A stretch of 64,000 nucleotides of DNA from an uncultured Acidobacteriota bacterium. GTDB taxonomy: Bacteria; Actinomycetota; Acidimicrobiia; Spongiisociales; ZC4RG35. Every line of letters begins with the position of its first letter. Position 1 is the stretch's first letter. The DNA is taken from assembly GCA_963780755.1 (NCBI GenBank), contig CAWACX010000002.1, positions 81,426-145,425 on the forward strand. Reading direction: 5' to 3'. Below, one piece after another: positions 1-9,285 of the stretch. Made by a program: the position numbers and the translations under genes. The notes beneath the pieces are model-generated. The model saw only the letters and a program-made list of their open reading frames with translations, was not told the DNA's origin and made no database searches.

Positions 1-257
1 TCCACCACCGAGACCACCCGACCCAACTCCACATCCACAGAGACCGGCTCGGCGCCAGGCCGTGTCGACTCACCGCCGACGTCGATGAGGCCGGCGCCGG
101 CGGCGGCCATCTCCTGGCCTGCCGGCACCGCCTCATTCGCTTCGAGGTAGAGGCCTCCATCGGAAAAGGAATCGGGAGTGACGTTGAGCACCCCCATGAG
201 CAGGCCGCGCGACAGGTCCAGAACCTGGCCGCTTCCGACTCTCCACTGGGTAGTCAC
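1..257 (-). CDS. folP: dihydropteroate synthase, N-terminal part (gene continues past window start)
   Basis: Minus-strand translation from GTG at 257 reads VTTQWRVGSGQVLDLSRGLLMGVLNVTPDSFSDGG...LIDVGGESTRPGA, the DHPS pterin-binding signature. It is absent from the ORF track because no stop lies in the window. It sits downstream of folE as in actinobacterial folate clusters. Confidence 0.85.
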   Translation of the reverse strand, partial: MTTQWRVGSGQVLDLSRGLLMGVLNVTPDSFSDGGLYLEANEAVPAGQEMAAAGAGLIDVGGESTRPGAEPVSVDVELGRVVSVV

Positions 258-308
258 AAGTAGAACGTAAAACGTCGAACGGAAAACGGCGAGCGCAGCG
301 AGCTATCG

Positions 309-884
309 CTAGCGGGTGGTGCCGAAGAGGAGGGACATCGCCTCGGCGCGGGTGGCGGGGTTGGTGTGCATGATCCCGCGCACCGCGGAGGTGACCGTCT
401 TGGCCCCTGGCTTGCGCACGCCGCGCATCGACATGCACAGGTGCTCGGCCTCGATCACGACCATGACCCCCAGCGGCTCGAGGCGCTCGGCCAACGCGTC
501 GGCCACCTGGGCAGTCAGCCGCTCCTGCATCTGGGGCCGGCGGGCATACCCCTCGACCAGCCGCGCCAGCTTGGAGAGCCCGGTGACCCGGCCCTTGGGC
601 ATGTAGGCGACGTGGGCCTGGCCATGGAACGGGACCAGGTGATGCTCACACATCGAGTAGAAGGGGATCTCCCGGACCATGACGATCTCCTGGTAGTGCT
701 CTTCACCAAAGAAGGCGTCGATTTCGTCACCGGGATCACGGTGTAGCCCCTCGAAGACCTCGCTGTAGAAGCGCGCCACCCGCTCCGGTGTCTCGATCAG
801 GCCCTCGCGGTCGGTGTTCTCACCGAGAGCCTCCAGGATCTCACGGACGGCTTTCTCGATCCGTCCCTGGTCTATCCCGTTCAT
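309..884 (-). CDS. folE: GTP cyclohydrolase I
   Basis: The C-terminal 191 aa of ORF 309..1121 ([23 protein letters not shown]...[17 protein letters not shown]...) match FolE. The ATG at 884 removes an Arg/Pro-rich extension that overlaps ftsH. Confidence 0.9.
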   Translation of the reverse strand: MNGIDQGRIEKAVREILEALGENTDREGLIETPERVARFYSEVFEGLHRDPGDEIDAFFGEEHYQEIVMVREIPFYSMCEHHLVPFHGQAHVAYMPKGRVTGLSKLARLVEGYARRPQMQERLTAQVADALAERLEPLGVMVVIEAEHLCMSMRGVRKPGAKTVTSAVRGIMHTNPATRAEAMSLLFGTTR

Positions 885-900
885 GAGGGGGAACCGGCCT

Positions 901-2907
901 CTAGGCCCCGGCGTCGGCGGGCCTGCCCTTGGGGCGGAGGCTCCGCTTGAGGCGGAGGGACTCGGTGACCTTCTCCTCTTCCTCCTCCTCGACCTCGGAG
1001 GCGGCTGCCAGGTCCTCACGGGGCTGAGGGAGGATTGGGTTCTCCGGATACTTGATCCGCATCGACCCCTCCCCGCTGTGAACCCACTTGGGGACATCCT
1101 TGAACAGCTCGGCGACTTCATCGGGCCCCACCGTCTCGCTCTCGAGGAGAGCCTCCACCATTCGCTCCATTGCGTCCTGATGGCGCTCGATCACCGAGCG
1201 GGCCTCGACGTGGGCGGCGACGATCAGCTTGCGTACCTCTTCGTCGACCTTGGCCGCGACGTCGTCGGAGTAGTCCTGCTGTCGCGAGTAGTCGCGCCCG
1301 AGGAACACCTCGGCGTTGGGCTTGCCGTATTGCATCGGGCCCAACTCGTCGCTCATTCCGTACTCCATGACCATTCGCCTGGCGATGGCAGTCGCCTTCT
1401 CGATGTCGTTCGCTGCGCCCGTGGTTGGGTCGGCGAAGATGATCTCCTCCGCCGTCCGGCCGCCGAGAAGCATGGCGAGTTGGTCGACGAGCTCGGAGCG
1501 CCGAACCAGGTACTTGTCATGAGTGGGCAGGGCCAGGGTGTGGCCCAGAGAGCGGCCCCGGGCCACGATTGTCACTTTGTGAACCGGGTCCGAGTTGGGG
1601 AGGGCGAACCCGACCAGGGCGTGGCCGGTCTCGTGGTAGGCGATGAGCTTGCGCTCCTCCTCTGTCATCACCTTCGCCTTGCGCTCGGGGCCGGCGATGA
1701 CACGGTCGATCGCCTCCTCGAGCTCCAGCATCGAAACTTCCTTCTTGTGCCGACGGGCGGTGAGGAGTGCGGCTTCGTTGATCAGGTTGGCCAGATCGGC
1801 ACCGGTGAATCCAGGCGTCCGTCGGGCCAGCACGCCAAGATCTATCTCTTTGGCGAGCGGCTTGCCCTTGGAGTGCACCTCCAGAATCGCCTTGCGGCCT
1901 TCGATGTCCGGAGCATCGACCACGATCTGACGGTCGAAACGGCCCGGTCGAAGCAGGGCGGGGTCGAGGATGTCGGGGCGGTTGGTGGCGGCCATGACGA
2001 TGACCCCGGTGTTCCCCTCGAATCCGTCCAACTCGACGAGCAACTGGTTCAGGGTTTGCTCCCGCTCGTCGTGGCCGCCGCCGAGTCCGGCGCCACGATG
2101 ACGGCCGACGGCGTCGATCTCGTCGATGAACACGATGGCTGGGGCACTCGACTTGGCCTGCTCGAAGAGGTCGCGGACACGGGCTGCGCCGACTCCGACA
2201 AACATCTCGACGAAGTCCGAGCCGGAGATCGAGAGGAAGGGGACACCTGCCTCGCCGGCCACCGCCTTGGCGAGGAGTGTCTTACCGGTGCCTGGAGGCC
2301 CGAACAGGAGGACGCCCTTGGGGATCTTCGCACCCAACTGGCGGTAGGGGTCGGGGTTGGCGAGGAAGTCCTTGATCTCTTCGAGCTCTTCCTTGGCCTC
2401 CTCGAGGCCGGCGACATCGTCGAACGTGACCTTGGGTTGCTCTTTGCCGACCAGCTTGGCCCTCGACTTGCCGAATTGCATGACGCGGTTCCCGCCACCC
2501 TGCATCTGCATGAATATGAACACCATGAACCCGAGCAGGAACAGCCAGGGCAGGAAGCTGATGAGCAGTTCCCAGAATGAGGGGGGCTCTGGATCGGACC
2601 CGAACGCCGTGCACTCGCAAGCGAGAATCGCCTCGGTGATCGGGCCTTCGGATCCCTCGGGGTAGCTGGCCACCACGTCCCAGACGTCATCGGTGGCGTC
2701 GTCTCCGGCTTCGGCCCTGCCCTGGACCTGGTTGGAACGGGCCAGCATCTGGACCTCGGCGAAGTCGCCGGCCTCGACCTGTTCCATGAACACCGACAGG
2801 GAAACCTCTTTGGGGCCCGAGACCTGGTCGAACCACCACTGAGCGAGCACGGCCAACAGGATGATGGAAAGGCCGTACACCACCAGCGTGCGCATAGTTC
2901 GATTCAC
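901..2907 (-). CDS. ftsH: ATP-dependent zinc metalloprotease FtsH
   Basis: 668 aa with two N-terminal TM segments, AAA+ Walker A (GPPGTGKT), the SRH region and the HEXGH zinc site (HETGHAL). It has an acidic poly-Glu tail. Confidence 0.95.
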   Translation of the reverse strand: MNRTMRTLVVYGLSIILLAVLAQWWFDQVSGPKEVSLSVFMEQVEAGDFAEVQMLARSNQVQGRAEAGDDATDDVWDVVASYPEGSEGPITEAILACECTAFGSDPEPPSFWELLISFLPWLFLLGFMVFIFMQMQGGGNRVMQFGKSRAKLVGKEQPKVTFDDVAGLEEAKEELEEIKDFLANPDPYRQLGAKIPKGVLLFGPPGTGKTLLAKAVAGEAGVPFLSISGSDFVEMFVGVGAARVRDLFEQAKSSAPAIVFIDEIDAVGRHRGAGLGGGHDEREQTLNQLLVELDGFEGNTGVIVMAATNRPDILDPALLRPGRFDRQIVVDAPDIEGRKAILEVHSKGKPLAKEIDLGVLARRTPGFTGADLANLINEAALLTARRHKKEVSMLELEEAIDRVIAGPERKAKVMTEEERKLIAYHETGHALVGFALPNSDPVHKVTIVARGRSLGHTLALPTHDKYLVRRSELVDQLAMLLGGRTAEEIIFADPTTGAANDIEKATAIARRMVMEYGMSDELGPMQYGKPNAEVFLGRDYSRQQDYSDDVAAKVDEEVRKLIVAAHVEARSVIERHQDAMERMVEALLESETVGPDEVAELFKDVPKWVHSGEGSMRIKYPENPILPQPREDLAAASEVEEEEEEKVTESLRLKRSLRPKGRPADAGA

Positions 2908-2975
2908 GAATACCTCAGTTCGGGTGAGAGAACCGTCGAGGGCTCAATGTTACGGGACTCAGTCGAATACACCAC

Positions 2976-3497
2976 CTACACATCGGAGCCCATCACACCA
3001 ACGTATGGGAGATTCCGATATTTCCCGGCGTAGTCGAGCCCGTAGCCGACGACGAACTCAGGCCCGATGGGAAACCCGACGTACTTGACGTCGATCGGGA
3101 CCCTTTGAATCCCCTCCTTGAGGAGCAACGCAGCGATCTCGAGCGATGCCGGCTTGCGGACGTTGAGGCTCTTCATCAGGTAGTTCAGAGTGAGCCCTGA
3201 GTCGATGATGTCCTCCACGATCAGCACGTGGCGGCCCTCGATCTCTTCGTCGAGGTCCTTGAGGATGCGGACCACTCCCGAAGTCTGAGTGGAGGCGCCG
3301 TATGAGGACACCGCCATGAAGTCGAACTCCACCGGGAGGTCGATGTGACGGGCTAGGTCGGCCATGACCATGAACGCACCGCGCAGGACACCCACCAGGA
3401 GGAGGTCCTGGCCCGAGTAGTCATCGGTGATCTGCTTTCCCATCTCGGAGAGCTTGGAGTCGATGTCCTCGGCGGTGATCAGCGGCTTGATGTCCAT
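2976..3497 (-). CDS. hpt: hypoxanthine-guanine phosphoribosyltransferase
   Basis: 173 aa with the PRPP-binding motif VLIVEDIIDSGLT. The tilS-hpt-ftsH order is conserved in actinobacteria. Confidence 0.9.
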   Translation of the reverse strand: MDIKPLITAEDIDSKLSEMGKQITDDYSGQDLLLVGVLRGAFMVMADLARHIDLPVEFDFMAVSSYGASTQTSGVVRILKDLDEEIEGRHVLIVEDIIDSGLTLNYLMKSLNVRKPASLEIAALLLKEGIQRVPIDVKYVGFPIGPEFVVGYGLDYAGKYRNLPYVGVMGSDV

Positions 3498-4717
3498 CCA
3501 ATTTCCTCTGTGGCGAGAACCGAAAGGTAGCCGGTGGTCTTCGGCTCATACCAAGCCACCGGGTGCCGCTTGACCCATGGCTCCCAGGCCAGGGCGCCAT
3601 CCGCCTCCACGACGAGCCCTCCCTCCCCCTCGCTCGCCACCAGCGTGACTCCGGGGTCGAAGATCGCAGCCGATGTTCCCAGTGGGGCCACCTGGCAGAC
3701 CGAGTCCATCGCCTGCACATCGAACACTGCCCTGCCCAGCCGGTGTCGCCCCGGAGAGAGCTGGACCCGGTCGGCAGGCACCTCCGCCGGTTCGGCAGCG
3801 ATGACCAGCATCGGGCCCGAGCGGTGGGCGATCAGCCCGCCGCTCAGCTCCGTTCGGGCAGACGCACCAAGTATCACGTCCCACACCCGGTCCAACTCTT
3901 CCCCACTGAGGGCGCCATGCTCCCGAAACCGGCCGATGAGGCCGGAGAGCACGCGGTGTGCCAGTGCCGGATCGACCGTGGTGAGTGAGCCGACCGCCAC
4001 CTTGGCCGCGTCGGGCTCATGAATGACGCCGACCTGCGCTGCTTCGCGCTCGATGAGCTCCGACTCGGCCCTTACGTTCTCCGCCAGCCGCGCCAGGCTT
4101 GCCACGACCTGCGGGTTGAACCGGGCAAGCTGCGGAAGCACCTCGAGGCGGATCGCGTTGCGCGTGAGCTCGAGTGACTCGTTCATCGGATCGTCGAAGT
4201 AGGGGAGCCCGGCGAGGGCGGCGAGCTCGCGCGTTTCCGATCGGCCGACGTCGAGCATGGGGCGGTAGACGTTCGGCGGCCGGAACCAGGAGATGCCGGC
4301 AAGGCCTCTGAGCCCGGAGCCGCGCAACATGTTCATCAACACGGTCTCTGCTTGGTCATCGCGGGTGTGGGAAAGGAGCACAGCTTCTCCCCGGGCAGAG
4401 TCCAGGAAGGCCTGGTATCTCGCTGTTCTCGCCTGGCCCTCCAGCGATGCGCCAGCGGGGACCGACACCCCGATCACTTCGATCTCCAGCTGCAGATTCG
4501 AGGCAACATCCCGGGCGGCTGACTCGAGGCGGTCACTGGCGGGGAGCCCGTGGTGGACGTGGATCGCCCGCAGCGGGTGCCTGCTTCGGGAGAGAAGGTA
4601 GGCAAGGGCCGCGGAATCTGCTCCACCCGACAGCCCCACGACGAGTTGGCGTTCGGGAAGTCGGAGCTTGGCTTCGATAAGGGCGGCGAGGGCTGTCAGG
4701 CGACGCGTGTCAACCAT
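3479..4717 (-). CDS. tilS: tRNA(Ile)-lysidine synthase
   Basis: 412 aa with the PP-loop SGGADS near the N-terminus. It overlaps the hpt start by 19 nt. Confidence 0.85.
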   Translation of the reverse strand: MVDTRRLTALAALIEAKLRLPERQLVVGLSGGADSAALAYLLSRSRHPLRAIHVHHGLPASDRLESAARDVASNLQLEIEVIGVSVPAGASLEGQARTARYQAFLDSARGEAVLLSHTRDDQAETVLMNMLRGSGLRGLAGISWFRPPNVYRPMLDVGRSETRELAALAGLPYFDDPMNESLELTRNAIRLEVLPQLARFNPQVVASLARLAENVRAESELIEREAAQVGVIHEPDAAKVAVGSLTTVDPALAHRVLSGLIGRFREHGALSGEELDRVWDVILGASARTELSGGLIAHRSGPMLVIAAEPAEVPADRVQLSPGRHRLGRAVFDVQAMDSVCQVAPLGTSAAIFDPGVTLVASEGEGGLVVEADGALAWEPWVKRHPVAWYEPKTTGYLSVLATEEIGWTSSR

Positions 4718-5742
4718 TGCCGGGGATGCTCGATCTCGGCAAGCGTGGGAAGGCTCCCCACGCCGCGAAAGGCCAGGGTGACCGTTTCCCAGCCGGCCTC
4801 GTCCTCGACCGCCTTGATGAACCGCTCCCCCATCCGGTACTGGTTCAGCTTCATCTCCAGCCCCGTGATCCTGAAGAACGCCGCGGTCCTTTTGTCCAGT
4901 CGACGGTTCTTCAAGACCCGGCTCATCCGCTCCTGCGAACGCAGGTGCTGGTGGCCGACTCGGTCCATGACCACGTGACCGTGGCCTTCGAGTAGCGACA
5001 TCAGCGCCTGGACCTTGTCGATCACGAGTCGTTGCTCCGAAGTGGCGAACAACCCGAGCAGGCCTCGTTCGTCGAGGAGTGCACCCCCGGCTTCCTTTCT
5101 GGTCATCAATTCGTCGACCACGCGGCCAAGGCGGCCTGGCTCGGGGGTCGACTGCTCGACGAGCTCGGTGACCAGAGAGAGGAAGTAATCGCGGAGCCAG
5201 GGCACACCCTGGAACTGGGCACGGTGGGTGAGCTCGTGGAGGGCGACCCAGAAGCGGAACTCAGAAGGGCGAAACTGATGGGTGCGCTCCATCGCCATGA
5301 TGTTGGGGCCTACATAGGCGACAACGTCACCATCCTCACCGGTTGGCATCACGAGCTCGTATTGGCCCAGCACCCGTCGCGCCAGGACACCGAGGACAGC
5401 AGTCACCTCGGCCTGCATCAACCGACCGGCCATGGCCGCTGCCCCTCTGGCGCCGGGCCCGGCGTCGGCGACCCGCTCCGCGAGCTTGCGATTGGCCGGT
5501 TCGATCATGTGCGAGAAGCTGGCGACGTTTCGCTCCACCCACTCCGACCGCCCGATGACCAGGGTGCCGGGGGCCCCCGGGAGCTCGAGACCTGTGGCCT
5601 CGGGAACGAGATCGGAGACACGGCTGGTGAGCTCGATCATCTCCGACTCCAGGGCCGCGGTGTGGTAAGTCTCGGCGAGCGGATAGGTGCCGGCGATGCG
5701 CCCCGCGATCCGGCCCGGGCCCTGGCGTGAAGGGTGGGTCAC
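4696..5742 (-). CDS. zinc-dependent metalloprotease, DUF2342 family
   Basis: 348 aa with HELTHRAQF (HExxH). It occupies the position upstream of tilS, as this family does in mycobacteria. GTG start at 5742. Confidence 0.7.
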   Translation of the reverse strand: MTHPSRQGPGRIAGRIAGTYPLAETYHTAALESEMIELTSRVSDLVPEATGLELPGAPGTLVIGRSEWVERNVASFSHMIEPANRKLAERVADAGPGARGAAAMAGRLMQAEVTAVLGVLARRVLGQYELVMPTGEDGDVVAYVGPNIMAMERTHQFRPSEFRFWVALHELTHRAQFQGVPWLRDYFLSLVTELVEQSTPEPGRLGRVVDELMTRKEAGGALLDERGLLGLFATSEQRLVIDKVQALMSLLEGHGHVVMDRVGHQHLRSQERMSRVLKNRRLDKRTAAFFRITGLEMKLNQYRMGERFIKAVEDEAGWETVTLAFRGVGSLPTLAEIEHPRQWLTRVA

Positions 5743-6050
5743 TCCTCGACGATTCGGTACCGGCGTCGCACCACCCTGGTGAAGTATTGGACGCAGGTGA
5801 TGACCACCACCAGGACGGCCAGGGCGATCGCGGTCGGCACCATGTATCGGTACGTCCAGTCGGGGAGCGGCTCGGTGGCGGTGGGGGTAGTGATGGGGAC
5901 CGCAGGCTCGAAATCGACTGTTGGTGCCGGCTCTTCGGCAACCGTGGTTGCGGTCTCATCCGGGCTGTCGGTGGCGAGTGCAGTGGCGGCGATCGTCAAC
6001 AGCGCAGTGATCACCAGGAGAAGTGCGGCCAGCCGACTCAGGGCCTTCAT
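5739..6050 (-). CDS. small secreted/membrane-anchored hypothetical protein
   Basis: 103 aa with an N-terminal signal-like segment, a Thr/Pro/Glu-rich middle and a C-terminal TM followed by RRRYRIVEE. Its stop overlaps the next gene's start (GTGA). Confidence 0.55.
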   Translation of the reverse strand: MKALSRLAALLLVITALLTIAATALATDSPDETATTVAEEPAPTVDFEPAVPITTPTATEPLPDWTYRYMVPTAIALAVLVVVITCVQYFTRVVRRRYRIVEE

Positions 6051-6090
6051 ACCCGCGCAGCCTACAACCGGGCGGTGTCAGGAGCGAACG

Positions 6091-6336
6091 TCAACGATCC
6101 CCTGCCGGCTCGCGGGCGAGGGCGGCCCGGAGGCGTTCGATGAACTCCGGGGGGACCTCTTCGGCGAGTCGCTCCCTCACCACGACTTTGAGTCGGACTT
6201 CGAACTCGTAGATGTCGAAGCATCCGGTGCACTCGCCGAGATGGGCACGGATTCGAGCGGAGTCGACCGATTCCATCTCGCGATCGAGATATTGATAGAG
6301 GTTGGTCAATGCCTCATCGCAATGATGGCCGCTCAT
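6091..6336 (-). CDS. rshA: anti-sigma factor, zinc-associated (RshA/RsrA type)
   Basis: 81-aa reading [21 protein letters not shown]...[10 protein letters not shown] contains the HxxxCxxC motif. It has an ATGA overlap with the upstream sigma gene stop (6333-6336). It is the in-frame tail of track ORF 6091..6999. Confidence 0.85.
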   Translation of the reverse strand: MSGHHCDEALTNLYQYLDREMESVDSARIRAHLGECTGCFDIYEFEVRLKVVVRERLAEEVPPEFIERLRAALAREPAGDR

Positions 6337-6911
6337 GGTTTCTCCACGTCCGTGGGCACGAGACCCCGGTTCTCCGCGAACTCCCACAACCGCCGCTGAA
6401 GGGCCTTTCTTCCCCGATGCAGCCGCGACATCACGGTACCGATAGGGATGTCGAGGATGTCGGCGATCTCCTTGTAGGAAAAACCCTCCAGGTCGGCGAG
6501 GAGGACCGGGATGCGGAAGTTCTCCGGCAACTCCTCCACCGCCTGTTTGATGTCCGACTCGACGAGCCCGTCGAGGACCCGGTCCTCGGTGGTCCGCGCC
6601 GCCTCCGCCGACTCCTCGGAGCCGATCCTGCGATAGAGATAGAGGTCCTCGACTGCCCCGAGGTCGACCTCGGAGGGGCGGCGTGATTCCTTGCGATAGT
6701 TGTTGATGTAAGTGTTGGTGAGGATCCGATAAAGCCAGGCCTTGAGGTTGGTCCCCTCTTCGAAGGTGTGATAGGCCCGGTATGCCTTGAGGAAGGTCTC
6801 CTGGACCAGGTCTTCGGCGTCGGACGGGTTGCGGGTCATCCGCATCGCGGCGCTGAACAACTGCCGCGTGTATTGCAGGGCGTCGCGTTCGAAGTCGGCC
6901 TGGTCCGCCAT
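6333..6911 (-). CDS. sigH: ECF sigma factor, SigH/SigR type
   Basis: [48 protein letters not shown]...[12 protein letters not shown] is very close to the mycobacterial SigH pattern. The start was moved to the ATG at 6911 (alternative 6929) because the longer ORF runs through the tRNA gene. Confidence 0.9.
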   Translation of the reverse strand: MADQADFERDALQYTRQLFSAAMRMTRNPSDAEDLVQETFLKAYRAYHTFEEGTNLKAWLYRILTNTYINNYRKESRRPSEVDLGAVEDLYLYRRIGSEESAEAARTTEDRVLDGLVESDIKQAVEELPENFRIPVLLADLEGFSYKEIADILDIPIGTVMSRLHRGRKALQRRLWEFAENRGLVPTDVEKP

Positions 6912-6964
6912 TGGGCGGGGACGGTACATGGACAACGGCGCTTGCCCGACTCCATCGATTTGAG

Positions 6965-7039
6965 TGGAGCCGGAGAGGGGAGTCGAACCCCTGGCCCACG
7001 CCTTACGAGGACGTTGCTCTACCACTGAGCTACTCCGGC
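6965..7039 (-). tRNA. tRNA-Thr (anticodon CGU), CCA encoded
   Basis: The reverse complement GCCGGAGTAGCTCAGTGGTAGAGCAACGTCCTCGTAAGGCGTGGGCCAGGGGTTCGACTCCCCTCTCCGGCTCCA folds as a cloverleaf. It has a 7-bp acceptor stem, D arm GCTC/GAGC, anticodon stem ACGTC/GGCGT with loop CTCGTAA, and T arm AGGGG-TTCGACT-CCCCT. Confidence 0.93.
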
Positions 7040-7509
7040 GAAGGATCCAATGTTAGAGGGAGGGCGACCACTGAGCCAGAAAACGCACTGTGCTGCGGGT
7101 CGCCTTCGAGGATGCGATAGGAATCGGCGAACCGGATCCGTTTGACCTGGCCGTTGGCAGTAGGTGCCAGCCGCAGATTGACACAGGCCTGACCGTTCCA
7201 GACGTTTGCCGGGAGGTAGAAGCAGCGGTCGGTGGTCGCGTCATAGACGCCAATCCAGTCCACTTCCTCTTCCGTGTATCGATGGGTCACCCAAGCCGAG
7301 TTGCTCATGACACGCGCTATCACGACCCGTCCGTTCGAGGTGGTGTACTTGCACTGGACCTTCTCCAGGGCGCCGTCCTCCTTGCGAATCACGATCAGGT
7401 CGTAGGGCAGATCGTGCCCGAAGGGGATGGCGACACCATGCCCTTGTCGTTGCAGGTCGGCGAGGATGATCGCCTCCCCGACCTCCCCCTTGGCGGTGGT
7501 GACACCCAT
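7030..7509 (-). CDS. PD-(D/E)XK-type endonuclease-like protein
   Basis: 159 aa. [49 protein letters not shown] shows a D...ExK-like nuclease core, resembling small Hjc-like or intron-associated PD-(D/E)XK proteins. The last 10 nt overlap the tRNA-Thr 5' end. Confidence 0.6.
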   Translation of the reverse strand: MGVTTAKGEVGEAIILADLQRQGHGVAIPFGHDLPYDLIVIRKEDGALEKVQCKYTTSNGRVVIARVMSNSAWVTHRYTEEEVDWIGVYDATTDRCFYLPANVWNGQACVNLRLAPTANGQVKRIRFADSYRILEGDPQHSAFSGSVVALPLTLDPSPE

Positions 7510-7516
7510 TTCGATT

Positions 7517-7545
7517 CCCTCCCGATTGTGAACTTATCGGGAGGG
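7517..7545 (-). promoter_or_regulatory. 10-bp stem-loop between holB stop and the nuclease gene start; one arm contains the nuclease SD
   Basis: CCCTCCCGAT (7517-7526) and ATCGGGAGGG (7536-7545) are perfect complements with a 9-nt loop. On the minus strand, GGGAGGG lies 7 nt upstream of the ATG at 7509. Confidence 0.55.
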
Positions 7546-7556
7546 TGGGACAGGAC

Positions 7557-8595
7557 TCAGTCCTGCGAGCCCAACCCGGTGAACAGGCTGGCCAGCACCA
7601 GCTCCCGGCGCAGGCTGCCCTGGATGTCGACCACCGCATCGAGGATGTGCTCCGCCGACGCCACCGCCTTGCGTGGGGTGACTTCGGTGAAGTCGGCAAG
7701 GGGCAGGTCGGCATTCTTCACCGGGCCCCCGAGTTGCAGCGAGGCCGAGTCCGAGTACCAGGAAGCCAGGATCTCCAACCCGTTGACCAGCAACGCCTGC
7801 TCCGCCCGGCGTCGGGTGCGCTGCTGAGCTTCTTTGGTCATCTCCGATGAGACGGAACGGTTGGCCAGGGGGCCGATGTCCTCGAGGACCAACATCGCGA
7901 GACGCTGACCGTCCCCGGGATGGGGTGTCACCTGTCCCGGGATGGAAAGCCACAGATCGCGAAAACCGGAGACCTCGGGCTGGTCCATCAACGCAAGGGC
8001 GAGCCCGGGACGGCCGCCCGAGACCACCGACACCACAGACGCGTCATCGGCATCCATCCCACGCTCGACGAGGGCCTCGATCATGATGTCCAAGGGCACC
8101 CTGCCGATGTGGACCGTGCGGCACCGGGAGGCGACCGTGGGCGGAAAGTCCTCCTCCGACTCCGCAACGAGCAAGAAAACGGCGGCTGCGGATGGCTCCT
8201 CCAGCGTCTTGAGGAATGCGTTCGCAGCTTGCTCGGTCATCGACCCGGCGTCGGGGAGAAGGAAGATCGCCCGTCTTCCCTCAACGGGTCGCAGCGCGGC
8301 CCGGGTGACCACGTTCCGGACCTGTTCCACTCCGAGGCTGGTCGCGCCCTTCGGGCTCGACCACCGAGACGTCGGGGTGAGTGTCGGACTCCACAAGGCG
8401 ACAGGAGCGGCAGGGCTCGTCGTGCACACCTCGAGTGGGGCAGAGGATCGCGGCTGCGAACCGCCGGGCCAGCGTCGCTTTGCCCACCGACTCCGGGCCG
8501 AAGAACAGGTACGCATTCGCCGGCTCGTCCGCGTCCTGCCTGAGCAAGTCGACCACCCGGGAGTGCCCGATGACACCTTCGAAATGATCAATCAT
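7557..8595 (-). pseudogene. holB: DNA polymerase III delta-prime subunit, reading frame broken by an apparent +1 shift near 8346
   Basis: The N-terminal part MIDHFEGVIGHSRVVDLLRQDADEPANAYLFFGPESVGKATLARRFAAAIL...DVSVVEPEG is in the frame of ORF 8281..8625. The continuation ATSLGVEQVRNVVTRAALRPVEGRRAIFLLPDAGSMTEQAANAFLKTLEEP is in the frame of ORF 7557..8591. Its start overlaps the tmk stop. Confidence 0.85.
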
Positions 8596-9205
8596 TGGCC
8601 AACCCTTCCAGAACCTGGTCAGCAAGCTGATCGACGGGTTGCGAGCCGTCGAGAAGGACCACCCGAGCGGGCTCCGACGTCGCCAGATCCCGGTAGGAGG
8701 ACCTCACTTCCAGCTGGAAGTCGATGCTCTCGCTGCCGATCCGGTCGGGCCTGTGTTGACGGCTGAGAGCGGTATCGGGGTCCACTTCGATCACGAAGAC
8801 ACGACCCGGCACCAGGCCGTCGAGCCCGGCCTCATTGATCTCGCGCACCAGTTGCTCGCCCAGGCCCCGGGCCCTCCCCTGATAAGTGATCGACGAGTAG
8901 TAGGTGCGATCGCTGATGACCCAGGCTCCCCGGCCCAACGCAGGCCCCACCACGTCTCGCACCAGCTGGGCTCGCTGGGCGGCAAACAGGAACACTTCCG
9001 CCCATGGTTCGACATGGTCGGAGTCGAGCAGGAGCTCGCGGATGCTCTCCCCGAGCGGGGTCCCCCCGGGTTCTCTGACCTCCACCACTTCGTCGCCTCG
9101 GCCGCGGAGGCGAGAGGCGATCGCGGCCGACAATGTCGTCTTGCCGCTCCCATCGCCGCCTTCCAGCGCAATATATCGGTGGATTCGGGGCTGATTGCCT
9201 GCCAC
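8588..9205 (-). CDS. tmk: thymidylate kinase
   Basis: 205 aa with P-loop IALEGGDGSGKTT. The tmk-holB pairing is typical. GTG start. Confidence 0.9.
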   Translation of the reverse strand: MAGNQPRIHRYIALEGGDGSGKTTLSAAIASRLRGRGDEVVEVREPGGTPLGESIRELLLDSDHVEPWAEVFLFAAQRAQLVRDVVGPALGRGAWVISDRTYYSSITYQGRARGLGEQLVREINEAGLDGLVPGRVFVIEVDPDTALSRQHRPDRIGSESIDFQLEVRSSYRDLATSEPARVVLLDGSQPVDQLADQVLEGLAND

Positions 9206-9285
9206 TGGAGACAGACGGTAACGCTCACCCCGGACACGGTTCGTATTGACATCGGCCTGTCACATGAAGTCAACTCTCCACACCC

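Noticed and set aside
940-1000. Poly-Glu (EEEEEE) coding stretch at the ftsH 3' end, considered as a DNA repeat.
   Set aside because: It is a short low-complexity acidic tail, common in actinobacterial FtsH, and not a structured repeat element.
814-2580. 588-aa plus-strand ORF opposite ftsH. Similar long ORFs include 10291..11772(-) opposite topA, 13441..15294(+) opposite polX, 32105..33952(-), 35973..37022(+), 42646..43485(-), 44240..45565(-), 54963..56357(+) and 61981..63963(-).
   Set aside because: They are antisense to genes with unmistakable conserved motifs. They are rich in Arg/Gly/Pro/Asp/His low-complexity sequence and lack recognisable domains. These are typical stop-codon-poor shadow ORFs of GC-rich DNA.
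6929-7025. N-terminal extension of the sigH ORF ([26 protein letters not shown]...).
   Set aside because: It is a read-through of the tRNA-Thr gene sequence. The internal ATGs at 6929 and 6911 lie downstream of the tRNA 3' end and give a normal SigH length.
9246-9274. TTGACA at 9246-9251 as a possible -35 of the topA promoter.
   Set aside because: No convincing TANNNT -10 lies at 16-19 nt spacing, so it is too weak to annotate from sequence alone.
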